Source: Sminthopsis crassicaudata (taxonomy: Eukaryota). Taken from it: a stretch of 64,000 bases of DNA. The translations under genes were made by a program, and so were the position numbers. Below, in pieces: positions 47,020 to 62,845 of the stretch; the stretch's first letter is position 1, and each line of letters opens with the position of its first letter. The stretch covers positions 71,260,937 through 71,324,936 of the forward strand of contig NC_133617.1 in the NCBI RefSeq assembly GCF_048593235.1, written 5' to 3'. Below the pieces are notes generated by a model that had not been told where the DNA came from, did no database searches, and was given only the letters and a program-made list of their open reading frames with translations.

Positions 47020-49719
47020 GTTCCTGACGGCGTTGGGAGGGGTTGCTGGGAGCTCATCAGCATCCAGGTGTTGCAGTGCCCTGTCAGTGGGGGGTTAGGG
47101 AGGAGTACGTGGGACACAAAACTAAACGACTTCCCGTCTTCCTGCCATTGCGGGGGTGGGGGGTGGGGGGGCCTCCACGCTCATTCTACAAACCAGGGGC
47201 TTTCATCTCTGGCAGAAGCCTGAGCAGTGCCAGCCACACGGGGGGCGGTGGGTGGGGGGAGGACTCGCTGCAACAGGATCTTGTTTTGGAGGAGGAAGAG
47301 GAGGAGGAGGAAGGGGAAACAAACGGGGAAAGGGAATTGTTCTCGTGATCCGAGAGACGCCGATAGATGGTCTCTCGAGTGTGCACAGAGTAGGGTTAAA
47401 AAATGTTTAAAAACGAAAGGACAAATAGAACAAGCAGCCACTATTCTGGTACTGCCCATCAGTCTGGCGGGGTGGGGGGTGTCGCTGTGGGGATTATGGT
47501 GCATCCAGATTGGTGGGAGGGGGCTTTGCCTGTTTCTCCCACCTTTTTCCCTGACTGCATGGTGACATTTAGAGTAGCGAAACCTGTGAGTTAGGCCATA
47601 ATGACTTAATGTAACCTTCATCTAGAGTTTAAGATGCTTCTGTAATAGGTGCTGTGCAATGGTCCGAAGAAGGCCGTGACAGAGGGTCCCAGCTGGCGAG
47701 AGTCCAGGGCCTTGGGGCCAGGGGTGGGGAGGGAGGAGAAGAAGAAGGTACAGAGCCTCCTCTGGGCTGCCTAGCCCAGCAATTCATCGAGGAGGAGAGC
47801 CATTTCCTGGGCCCTGGGCCCTGCTCTGCTGGTCAGCACTGTAGAGACGCATGCTTCTAAAGCCACTGCTCAGCCAATTCTCCTCTCACTGGTTGTGCAC
47901 CCGTATCCGTGCTGCTGCTGCTGCTGCTGCGTTTACTTCACCTTTCCCTTTCAAACCTATTGGGGGGGTGGGGAGGTAGCAGCTGGGAGATAGGGGGGTT
48001 GGAGCATATGGTGAGCCCCTCAGCCTGGGTCCGCTGTCTCCTAGCCTCAATCATGAGGCTGCCTAGCAATCTTCCCACTGGGAGGAGGACTGTGCTTCTC
48101 TACCACTGTTGGTTCCCTATGTGTGGATGAGCCCTAAGATACCTGAGTGTAACTGAATACAACTTAAGTATCTCTTCTCTCTTCTAGAAATGTTGATAGG
48201 ACAGTCTTAGGGCTTCATTCCTGTTTCCTTTTCTGTCCTGTTATGGCCTCGAGGCTATCCTTTTCTTGTCTCATTTTATTTAACATTTTTGGTCCTGGGA
48301 TAGTGGCTGGAACCAGCTTTGGCAGTAGCCAAGAAAGGCTTTCTTCTGGGTGCTTTACATGTGGGGAAATTAAGTCAGCCGAGTGGCAGCAGGAATCTCA
48401 TTCAGAGTCTAGTGAATCAGTGAGGGGAAAGTGAAATGGGTGGATGGACGGACCTACGACTCATGGTATTTCCACTTATTCATTCCCTCAGTCCTCCAGA
48501 GCATAGAAGGGAAAAGTGGTTAGTGGAAGTAGATTGCTTGCTTGCTCTCCAGAAACTAGGACAGGGACCTTCATAAACGCTGCCCAGCCTGGAAGGAAGG
48601 AAGGAATCTGGGTCTGGTGATTTTCCTGGGCCCGAGGACTGTCAGGGCCCTGGAAGACTCCAGATAGGGGTGGGTGAAGGGGGCTGGGGGGACGACAGTG
48701 AGGAGGGATCGACCCCCTGTGGAGATTTTACTCATGGGCTTTGAGGGAAACATTCCCCCTCCAGCGGCTTTGTGCCCGCTCACGTCTCCTCTGTTCTTGG
48801 GTTTCGGTGTCTCATCAGCCCTTCCCAAGGGGGGGCTAAGATCTCCCTTTCTTGGTTGAAGCCCTACGCTTTCTGCCTGCCTTCCACCTCAGGATGGGGA
48901 ACCCTGTATCTGAATCAGGGCCTGTCTGCCCCTTCCATTTCTTCCATCCTTCACTCACCATTTCAAGCGTCTTGTCACGCACATTCCTCAGCTCAGCTTT
49001 TTAATTTAATTTTTTAAAATCGCGTAAAAACTCGAGCAGGTCTCTGGGAGCCGTTTACAAATGGTTTTTTTTTTTTTTTTGTTATTTTTGTTTTTTAATT
49101 TTTTGTTAATTTTATTTTTAAAATTCTGGTTTTTTTGGAGAAGCTTTTCGCCTGGGTTGCTGGAGACATAGCCTGGTATTAATCCAGCCTGTGCTTTTGC
49201 TCAGCTCAGGGTGAGAGATCCGGGTTTAGCCTCCGAGGGACCCAGAGAAGGGGACGGGGGAGCAAGTGGTTTTTTTTTTTTTTGTTTTTTGTTTTTTTTC
49301 AGATTATTTAATTTTTTAGTTTGTTTTATTTAAAATTTTTGGTTTTTTGCACAATGAAGTTAAAGCTCCATGATCCAACTGCCTCTGCCTCTGTTTGAGT
49401 TAGTTTCTGATTTCGGGAGTTTGCTTGGCCTGGGTGACGGTGCTGACTCTAGTTTTTAGCCTCCTGTCTGTTGAATCCTCGATTTGTACATTTGTAAATG
49501 TGCTGTAATGTTTCCTATGGTAAAACTGCTGTGGATTAGTGTTGAAGCAACTGCTTGCACCTTTGCTCCAATGAGATTTTTCTCATTTTATGTATAATTT
49601 TTTGTTGACTAAAAACCAGTTTCTTGTGACTCAAGTTTTTTGGCCTCCACCTTTGTGTCTGTCTCTCTGGGGTGGGGACACTTTCCGGGGATAAAGAACG
49701 GGCCGAATCTGGTGGGAAG

Positions 49720-51200
49720 GAGGCTAGATAGTGCACGAGCAGTTTCAAGGCTCCGCCCCGAAGCAGCGGAAGTGAGGTGTCCTGTTTCCGGCCCGTCGGT
49801 GGTTCTACAGCTGTTGTGCTACGTCATCAGTCGGTGCCGGAAGTAACGTCCCGGTGCCTTGGAGACGAAATGCAGCTGGGGCGGCGGCGGCCCAGCGGGT
49901 GACAGGTGGGAGGTGGAGGGGCTCCGTGGGGAGGCGCCTCAGTCCGCCCTGGGCTCTCCCTCCCGTACTTCGGGCCCCCGCCACCTTTGGCCCGGGCCCC
50001 CACGTAGCGCGGTGTGGTGCGTTGGTAAGAGCCCTGGATTGGATTGAGAAGACCTGGATTCGAGTGCTGCCTCTGCCATTTACTGCTGGCGTGTTACCGG
50101 GAGAGTCGCTTCCCTCCTCTGAGCCGTAAAGTGAGGGGGCGGGTCAGGGAGCGCACGAGGGTTCTTCCAGCCTTCGCTCTGTGATCGTATGCTCTCAGGG
50201 CGTTTCCCCCCCCATCCTCGGCCCCACAGGGTCTTCCCCCCGGCATGGAGCCACCCCCAGACGACAACCAGGACTGGGATGAGGACTCGGACCCTGAGGC
50301 AGATCCGGATGTCCAAGCCCAGGAGTACATCGACCGAGTTCTGGGTTCGCCCAGCCCGGCCCCGGCCCGCACGGTCCTGGCGCCCCCGCCAGTGGTCAGC
50401 CCCCGCCCACCTCCGGCGGAGCTGTGGCGGGAATCCCTGCGGTCCCCCGGCGGGGAGCCCGGCCCGGACGCATCCGGCCTGCTGGGTCTGCCGCTGGAGC
50501 TAATCCTGGAGATCTGCTCCTACCTAGAGGCGAGGCTGGTGCTGGGGGTCCTGCCCCTGGTGTGCCGCTCCCTCCGGGACATCGTCCAGGACCAGGTTAT
50601 GTGGAAGATCCGCGTGCAGAAACTCCTGGGGGGGGCCTACCCCGTGGTGGAAGGTGCGGGGGCCGGGGGGAGGGGCCCGACCCTGCGCTGACCCCAGGAC
50701 TTCACCAGGGTGGGGGGAAAGATGGGGAGGGACGCGGAACCTTCAGGGTCGAGCCGTTTTCCTTGGCTGAATTAGGGAGTGAGGCTGCCGGGAAGGGAGG
50801 GGGGCGGCGGCCAGAGAGGAGACAACTTTCGGATGGGGCAGGGCTCAGACCTCGCTATTTCCCCCCACCCCGGCCCCCCAGAGGAGGACTTTGACTGGCC
50901 GGCGGCCTGCATTGAATTAGAGGAGCACCTGGCCCGCTGGGCAGATGACGGGCGCAGGGCCGAATACTTCTGCTTGTCGGACGGCCACTTTGCCTCCATC
51001 GACTCGGTGCTCCTGCTGCAGGTGAGGGCCAGGCCGGCCTCCTTGGGCGCGGGAGGGGGTCAGCAGCCTGGCCCCCGCCCAGGCGACGCGCCCAGTTTCT
51101 ATGACTAGCTCTGCCAAGCGTAACCCCGCAGGGCCGGAGAGCAGGTGAGAGGAGGGGCCTGGATGTGAGAACGGGACACTGGAAGCTCCCTGGCTTGGCT
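49720..51200 (+). promoter_or_regulatory. CpG-island promoter of FBXW9
   Basis: ETS motifs (GCGGAAGTG near 49767, CCGGAAGT near 49837) and a half-CRE CTACGTCAT. Probable 5' UTR intron with acceptor at 50229. Confidence 0.7.
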
Positions 51201-53891
51201 AGGCCCGGGGCTGAAGTGGAATGTGCTCTGTTCCATGCCCCCCTGGGACATCTGGAGGTCCCTTCTTCCACACTCCCTGTTTCTGCCGCCCGTCCTGAGC
51301 TCCCGTCCAGCCAGAGTCTAATGGCCTCTACTTCCACAGGCTCTCAGATCCAAGCAGGCGCCTCTCGTGGTCTATTGTTAAAATCCTTTTCTTTCTTTCG
51401 TGCCCCCCACTTCCGTCCACCTGCTGCATGCCCGACTAGGCCGCTCTCCGGTGAGAAAAATGAGCAAGCTCACCGTGTCCTCGCCTGAATCTAGAGATTG
51501 CCGAATCCCACCTGCCGTCCCTGCGGCTCGGAACTGCCCCTGTATCCCCCTGCCTTGGCCCCGATCTTGCTGATGCTTAGAAAGGCACTCCCTCCTCTTA
51601 GCTCCACTGCCCAAATGCCGTTTCCTTTAAGAGAGAGGGAGGGAGGGAGAGACTGTCTTTCGTTTATTATGGTTATTATGGATTCCCAAAGCCAGGGTTT
51701 GAACTCTAACCCTAAGCACAGTGGAAAGAACTCTGGGTTTGAAGTGGAAGAACTTACATTTGAATCCCAGCTTTGTGACTTTGGCTTTCTAGCTGACGTT
51801 TCCTCATCTTCACTATGATAGGGTGAGATCAGAAAATCTCAGAGGTCACATGTAGCTCATAAATCCTGTCCTGGGACTATCTTCCATAAGGCCCTCACCC
51901 CCACCTGTGTCCTCCTCCAGGGCGGGGCACTCTGTGTCTCTGGCTCCAGAGACCGCAATGTCAACTTGTGGGACTTAAGACAGCTGGGAGTAGAGCCAGG
52001 CAAAGTTCTGGTCAAGGCCCTGGGTACCCAGCGCAGTGGGACCCACAAGGTGAGGATTGGGAGCCAGGCTTTGGGGTGAGTCTATTGATGGGCTTATGTG
52101 GGCGGCTCCCAAATGAGGCTCCAGGCCCTGACTGCCCCAGTTTCTCCAGGGCTGGGTCTGGTCCCTGGCCTCCCAGGATAACCGCGTCTGCTCGGGCTCC
52201 TGGGATAGCACCGTGAAGCTCTGGGACATGGAAGCTGACGGGCAGCAGTTTGGGGAGATCAGGTATGCGGTGGTTGGGGGGGAGAACGCTCCAAGGTTCG
52301 GGCCTGGGAGGGATGGAGAAGGATGAGGCCCAGCTGGCCCAACTTCCCTTCCCCCAGCCCCATTCCTGTCTCCCTAGGGGCAAGGCTGCAGTTCTCTGTC
52401 TCTCCTACCGTCCTGACATCCTGGTCACTGGCACCTATGACAAGAAAGTGACTGTTTACGATCCCCGAGGTGGGCCCCCAGAATCCTGGGCAGAGATAGG
52501 GAAAGTAGGGAGCCCCGGGGAGCGTAGGATTTCAGGGTGGTGGAGAGCCAACAAGAGCTCCGTATGCTAGCTGGGGTGGTCGACAGTATTGTCACAGTCT
52601 GGGATCAGGTCTCAGAAGGTGGCCTTTGCGAGCATCTCTCTGGTCTGGACCGGAAGCCTTTGGGAGGGGAGGAAGTGACCGGCTGTTCTAATGCTTGACC
52701 CACTTCGGCACAGCGGGCCAGGCCCTGGTGAAGAGCCGAAGGCTGCATTCCAGTGCCGTGCTGGCCTTGTTGGCTGATGACCAGTACATTATCTCAGGAA
52801 GTGAGGACCGGACCTTGGTGGTGTTTGAGCGGCGGACCAACAGTGTCCTACAGCGGCTGCAGGTGCTGGGGCCCAGCGGGGCTGGGGGTGGGGGGAGCAG
52901 CCCCGGGTCTGGTGCTGCCCTTGCCCCTGCCCCGGCCCTGGCTCCATCCTTGATGGCAGGGAGGAGGTGGGGCTCAGGGTGGAGGTCAGGACCAGTTTGT
53001 TCTTCCACTGAGCCTTCCTCTTCTTGCCACCAGCTGGAGTCATATCTACTGTGCATGTCCTATCAAGAGCCCCAGCTCTGGGCTGGGGACAACCAGGGTC
53101 TGCTCTATGTGTTTGAGAACCACGGAGGCCAATTCAAGCATGTCAGGGTGTGGTATTTCTCAGTTCTTCTCACCTTGGCTTGACTTTCTCCCTTGCTCAT
53201 TTCTCTTCTGGCCTTGGGGATAGGAGGGGAAACCATAGCAAATAATCTCCCAAGATTTCACTGTCTTGTTCTGGGCTGGGTGATCCTAAGCCCACTTTTA
53301 ATTTTTGATTTTGTTTTTCATTCTAAGAGTTGGAAAAGGGTGTGGGCGGAAGGGCCATCCCTGGATCAGCAGCTGGCCTGAGACTATGATCTAAGTTGGG
53401 AACTGGATTTGGAGGGGTGTGGGAGGGCAGGGACCTGGTGTTGGGAGATAGAAACCCTTCGTGCCCCATCCCTTGTGTCTCTTCCTTACAGTCCTTTGAT
53501 GTGGGGCATAGGTCACAAATCACTGGCATTGAACATTCCCTGGGGTCACTTTATACCACATCCACGGACAAAACCATTCGGGTAAGCACCAGCTGACTGG
53601 GGTCCCCAAATTGAAGCGTATATCCTCACATCCAGACCCTGAGCCCAGTCCTTCCTCTCCAGGTACACGTGCCTACTGACCCACCAAGGACCATCTGCAC
53701 CCGAAGCCACCACAATGTTCTTAATGGGGTAAGCCCTCCCCCCCAAGCTTTGCCTCACTGCACCCTCTGCCCACTGCCCTCTGGTAAGGCCTCTGTTCCT
53801 GACTCCCTTCTGCCAGGTCTGTGCTGATGGCAACATGGTGGTAGCTGCATCCGGGGGCCTGTCCTTGGAGGTGTGGCGATTGAAGCCCTGA
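50245..53891 (+). CDS. FBXW9: F-box/WD40 protein 9, complete, 458 aa
   Basis: Exons 50245-50653, 50882-51021, 51921-52049, 52150-52262, 52378-52469, 52714-52862, 53034-53147, 53492-53581, 53663-53728, 53817-53891; sum 1377 nt. F-box [16 protein letters not shown]; WD repeats [12 protein letters not shown] and [12 protein letters not shown]; AATAAA at 54207. Confidence 0.97.
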
Positions 53892-54797
53892 AGAAGACAG
53901 GGCCCAGAGGACTGAGTCTGGCTGAGGCATCCTGGGATACTTCCCCCATCATGGCCCCAAGCCCGAGGCTGGGGACCATCCCAACTGTCCGGGTCTCAGA
54001 CCTGGTTCTGTGGTGCTACCGGAGTCCATGGCCATTTTCTGTAGTGGCCAAAGATAATATTGCTCCCACTGTGTGAGCTCATAGCTCCCGAAGGGGCCGG
54101 ATGAGGGGTGAGGTCCCTCCCGTGAGGGCTTGGCTGGTCCCCTCCTTTCCCTGTTATTTATTATTGGAATATCCTTTTTTTCCTGCTGTTGAGGCCAAAG
54201 CTCAGGAATAAACCTGTTGGATGATTCCCCTGCTGTGTACTTTGGGACCTGTCTGTGAAGTCACTAGTGCCTTCCTGTGGACAGAGATGGGACATCCATT
54301 TGTGATGCTGCTCATGGGGGTGTCGCTTCTGACCTGCGCTTACTGATTGACAGCAGTAGGCCTGGGATGTGAGAAGCGTGTTTATTAGAGGCTGAGGGAG
54401 AGACCAGGAAGTGGGTGAGTGTGAAATGCCTTTATGGGACACCCAGATCCTTCGGAGGTCGGAGAGATTCTTGGTTCTCCTTCCCAGACAAATTCAGACT
54501 CACATACAGAACTGAGGACTCCAGTAAGGCCTCACCTGCATTTTCCTGTGCCTCAGACTCAAGGATTGAAGGGACAGGAGAGGAGATCAAAGGTTCTTTT
54601 TTTTGGAGGGGAAGGATCACAGGATGGAAATGTCTCAGGGAAGTGAGGGAACAGTGCGGTGGGGTCTGTCTCGGGCTATAGGAGACTGGTGTCAGGTAGC
54701 TTAGGACAGGAAGGTGAGGAGTACTGAATCGGAAATTCGAAGGGAAGGCTCTCACAACAGAGGTGTCTAAAGATATAAGGGTTTCTTGAGAGAGGGG

Positions 54798-55145
<348 letters not shown>

Positions 55146-55531
55146 TCAAACTCCCCTAGCCCCTTGCAGCAAGAAAAGCCAGCTACTAGCCCCCACACCC
55201 AATCCCTCCTCAAGTTGCTCCTGGACCTCTCAGGCTCAGACTTGTCCTGCCAGTTAACTGTGACTGTGACCTTGGACCCCCACCTCAGCTTTTTCTCATC
55301 TGAGAAATGAGAAATGCAACCTTTCCTAGCTTTAAGTACTGTGGTTTCCAAGTCTGCTTCCTTCATCTTCTCCCCTCCTCCTCCACTTGAATCCCCCAGG
55401 CTCGTTCCAGGCCCACTGCGGGGGAATGGATCATTGCCAGGAAGGCCAGAAAGGCTGGGTGAGCATTGGATGTGGAGTCAGGCTTCAGATTCAAGGCTCA
55501 GCACTTAAGTCTAATTCCTTCTCTGAGCCTG

Positions 55532-55565
<34 letters not shown>

Positions 55566-56472
55566 TTTGTTTGTTTGTTTGTTTTTTTTTTTGTAAAATA
55601 AAAGATATTGGACTATGCTAAATCCTATGATCCTTACCTCTCCAAGGAGAGATTCTCTCTGTCAGGGTCTGGTTCTGCTTAGTGCCCAGGGAGGAATGCC
55701 ACCTCTCCCATCCACTAATAGCCCAGCCCCCTGGACTCCCAGGGTCTGGGCTGTCCCTTTCTTCCCTCCCACCAGTGCCTTTGAAGCCAGGACACCTGGG
55801 GAGTGAATGTCACTGCCAGAAAATAGCAGCAGCTGCAGTGGCTGTGGGGTGGGCGGGAGCCCTCTGAGGGGGGAAAGGGTATGAATACAATAACCCATCT
55901 GTCAGGCAGGAACCCAGAAGAAACCCAGTAGTGGGGTTCCAACCACATAGCTTGATGCCTTGGGGAACTGCCTGATTTCATGGATCATAGGATATCACGG
56001 CCAAAGTGGGCTACACCAGTGGCCTCCAAATAAGAGTCCATGCACTCTCCAAGGGGTTGTGGCAAGACCCCAAGTCCAGAGGGACTGGTCATAAGCAATC
56101 ATAGGCTGATTTCCAACATCTCCATGCCAAAAGAAAAATAATCTGAATGTAATAAAGGATCCTTTTCCTCCTCTACCATGTATATGGAAATGCCCACAAT
56201 AAATGCCCATCTGCCATCTTCCCCATTGTATCCCACCATTGACCTTTTGTAGCTTCACCAAGTACTTGTTCCTCAAACCTAGTGAAACGGTGGCAATTGA
56301 GAGAGGGGACCTCCAAGATTTTCTTGGACCCTGTTTACCATCTTTCCCCTCCCTACTTTATTGTTCCCAAGTCACTGATGATAGATTAAGGTCCTTTCAA
56401 CTCTACTGAGCTTTCCTATTCCCAGCACCCAAATTGATATTCATACTCAAAGCCACCTTGTAGTCCTTAATT

Positions 56473-57597
56473 TTATTTTTTAAATTAAAGCTTTTTATTT
56501 TCAAAACATATGGACAGATAATTTTTTAACATTGACCCTTGCATAGCCTTGTGTTCCAAATTTTCCCTTCCCCTCCTCCCCTAGATATCAAGCAATCCAA
56601 TATGTGGGTTTTTTTCATGTCTTTATTCTTAAAAATATTATATGGTACTTTAAAGTATGTATAGTTCTCTCAATATGTTCTCATTTTGGTTTCACAAAGT
56701 CCCTTTAAAGGAGATGCTTCAAGTGTTAATTATCTCTTTTATAGATAAGAAAACTCTTAAGGTACAAAATAGTTAAAGATTCCAAGCAGTACATTATTTA
56801 GCATGCTTTTACTTTTTACTTTTTTCTCCACCAATGCATTATTTTCTTTTTGACAAGGCAGTTTGGGGTTATGTGGCTTGCCAGGATCACACAGCTAGTA
56901 AGTGTTAAGTGTCTGAAGTCTCATTTGAACTCAGATTCTCCTGATTCCAGGGCTGGTGCTCTGTCCACTGCACCAACTAATTAATCTGTCAGTTCATTAT
57001 TATTATTGTTATTTTTAATTAAAGCTTTTTATTTACAAAATATATGCATGGTTAATTTTTCCAACACTGACCCTTGGAAAACCTTTTGTTCCAAACTTTC
57101 CCCACTTTTCCCCTACCTCCTCCCTTAGATGGCAGATAGTCCAATACATGTTAAATTTGTTGAAATACATGCTAAATCCAATATATGTATACATATTTAT
57201 ACAGTTATCTTGCTGCACAAGAAAAATCAGATCAAGGAAGAAGGAAGAAAAAGAAAAACTAAGAAAACATAATGCAAACAAATAGCAGAGAATGAGAATG
57301 CTATGTTGTGTTGCACATTCTGTTCCCATGGTTCTCTCTCTGGGTATGTTCTCTTCACTGAACAATTGGAACTGGTTTGAATCATCTCATTGTTGAAGAG
57401 AGCCACGTTCATCAGAATTGATCATTGTATAATATTGATAATATTGCCATGTACAATGATCTCCTGGTTCTGCTCATTTCTTACAGAATGATATTATTCT
57501 ATAACATTCCTATACCATAACTCATTCAGCCATTCTCCAGCTGCTGGGCATCTACTCATTTCCCAATTCCTTGCCACTACAAAAAGGGCTACCACAA
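56473..57597 (-). mobile_element. Composite of L1 3' end, flank containing a WSINE1-like copy, and a second L1 3' end
   Basis: L1 3' termini at about 56473-56600 and 57010-57597, with a SINE at about 56840-56980. The whole unit is bracketed by GTAGT(C/G)CTTAATT at 56460-56472 and 57598-57610. Confidence 0.65.
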
Positions 57598-57869
57598 GTA
57601 GTGCTTAATTCTTGCCTCACTCCTCATGGCCTTCTTTCTACCTCTCATAAAGATCCCTTTGTTTCATTCACCCTTAATCGGGCATCTCACCCAGACTTTT
57701 ATCAATAGCTTTTAACTAGCCTCTGACTTGTAACTTCTACCTAAGAGCTCAGGTCAGACCATGCCATTCCTTTTTCAGTAAACTCCAATAGTCCCCCTCT
57801 TGGACTGTAGGATCAAAAGTTTCAACTTATATTTAATTTAAATTAATATTTTTTCTTGGAAATAATTAC

Positions 57870-58290
57870 ATGAACTGATTCTGAATGAAACATTGCACAC
57901 TGATAGTAACATTGTGCTGTGCTCATCTCTGATACACTTTAACTTTTTTCAGCAATACAATGATACAAGACAATTCCAAAAGACTCATGATGGAAAATGG
58001 TATCCACAGCCAGAGAAAGAATTGTGGAGTCTATATGTAGATTGAAGTATATTTTTTGTGATTGTTGTGGCAGTGGTTTTTCCCTTTTGTTCTGATTCTT
58101 CTTTCACAACATGATTAATGTGGAAATAATTGTACACATATATCAGATTACTTGCTTTCTTAAGGAGGAGGAAGAGAAAGGGGGGAGAAAAATGGAAATC
58201 AAAATCTTATAGATGTTAAAAACTATTTTTACACATAATTGGAAAACAAATACTACTAATTGGGAAAATAGAAAAAATAAATGTATATTT
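57870..58290 (+). mobile_element. Old L1 3' end
   Basis: CAATACAATGATACAAGACAATTCCAAAAGACTCATGATGGAAAATG...GGAAAATAGAAAAAATAAA resembles an L1 3' UTR. Confidence 0.65.
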
Positions 58291-59618
58291 TTATATGTTT
58301 GATTAAGCATATATTATCACAGTGGTAAAGTATTAGAGACTGTAAATTTCATTCATATGGGGAACTTTTAGGTAAGGAAATTTTGTCTTCCAAAGAAGGT
58401 TGACATCCTGGAAGTTTGCTACCTTTGAATTTCCTAAACCAGAGCAACCAGATATTAAGGGACCTGCCCATCATCACACAGATGCCATGCGGCAGGACTT
58501 GAATCCAGTTCTTTATCCGTTTATACCATTTTTTGTTGTTGCTTCAGTTGTGGTCAACTGCGTCCCTATTTGGGTTTTCTTGGCAAAGGTCCTGGAGTGA
58601 TTCGCCATTTCCTTCTCCAGTTTATGAGGCACACAAAGTTCACTTAGTGTTTGAGGCTGGATCTGAATTCCAGTCCAGGCCTGGGATCCACTCTCCATTG
58701 CGCCACCCGGCTGCCCTTCTACATCACAAATCTCCCTATAGGTAAGTTTAGAGAACATACAAGTAAATGGACACACTTTTTTTTGATGCTCTGCTGCCCT
58801 TCCACAAGGATATTACCTCATCCCTTGGCACGGCTGGCTTCTGGAGGCCAGGCAGGGCAGCGGAGAGAACTGGAATCAGGAAGATTTAAAATCCAGTCTC
58901 AGCGCTAGCTGTGTGACCGTGGACAATCACTCAAGCCCATCTGCCTCAGTTTCCTCCTATGTAAAACGAGTCCGGGAAGGAAATGGCGCGCCCACTCCAG
59001 TATTAATGCTCAGGAACCCTAAATAGGGTAACGACGAGCAGTTATAATGTCCCGTCTAAACTTGGCCCTTTCCTAGCTCAGGACGCTGCACACAGCCGCC
59101 GACTTAGCTGACTCATCTGTGAAATGGGCAGAGGGGGAGGATGGATCGCCCACGTGAGCCCCGCTCTCCAGTCCGGGATTTTACAGAGAAGGTAACAAGT
59201 GACCGAGGGAAGGGCCGGGTATATTCTGCTCCAGAATTATGAGGAGGCCTGGGCCCCGCCTGAGCCGTGAGACTGCGCACCAGGGGCATCTCCTGGATGC
59301 CGAGCAATGGCAGACCCGGTACCGAAGCGGGGAGCCTGAAGTCTCTCTGGGGGCGACAGTGGGCGGGGCAACGCCCCGCGAAGCTCTAGAGCCTCAGCGG
59401 CATCCGTAGAAGACAAAAGACTCGGGGAAAAAAGGGCCCTGGGCCTCCGTCGCCACGTGACGTGCACCACTTCCGGTCCCTCACGCTCTCCGCTCCCTGG
59501 CTTCATTTCCTCTGCTAACCGGGGAAGGGGTGCGGGGGCCGGTATCGCGCTTAGCTCCGGGTGAGCAAGGGCGGGCCGGGAGCCCTCACCCTGACCTCCG
59601 ACCTCTCTCGTAGAGCCC

Positions 59619-62633
<3,015 letters not shown>

Positions 62634-62845
62634 ACAACTGGTTCCAACAAGGAATCTGGGGGTTCTGGATTCTGACTCCTATTTATTGTTTCACAGTTAT
62701 TCCCCAGACATCCCTAATTTTTATGGTGTCCTGGCCAAGGCCAGCAAATACCTAGGGCTAGATAAGGCCCTTTATGTGGCAGATGATACAGATCCCTAAG
62801 GCCAATAAAGTATGTATTTCCATCCAGGCATGTTTCTGTTGCCCC

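Noticed and set aside
55500-55600. Long T and (GTTT)n run
   Set aside because: Microsatellite expansion inside an old MIR-like SINE; ordinary.
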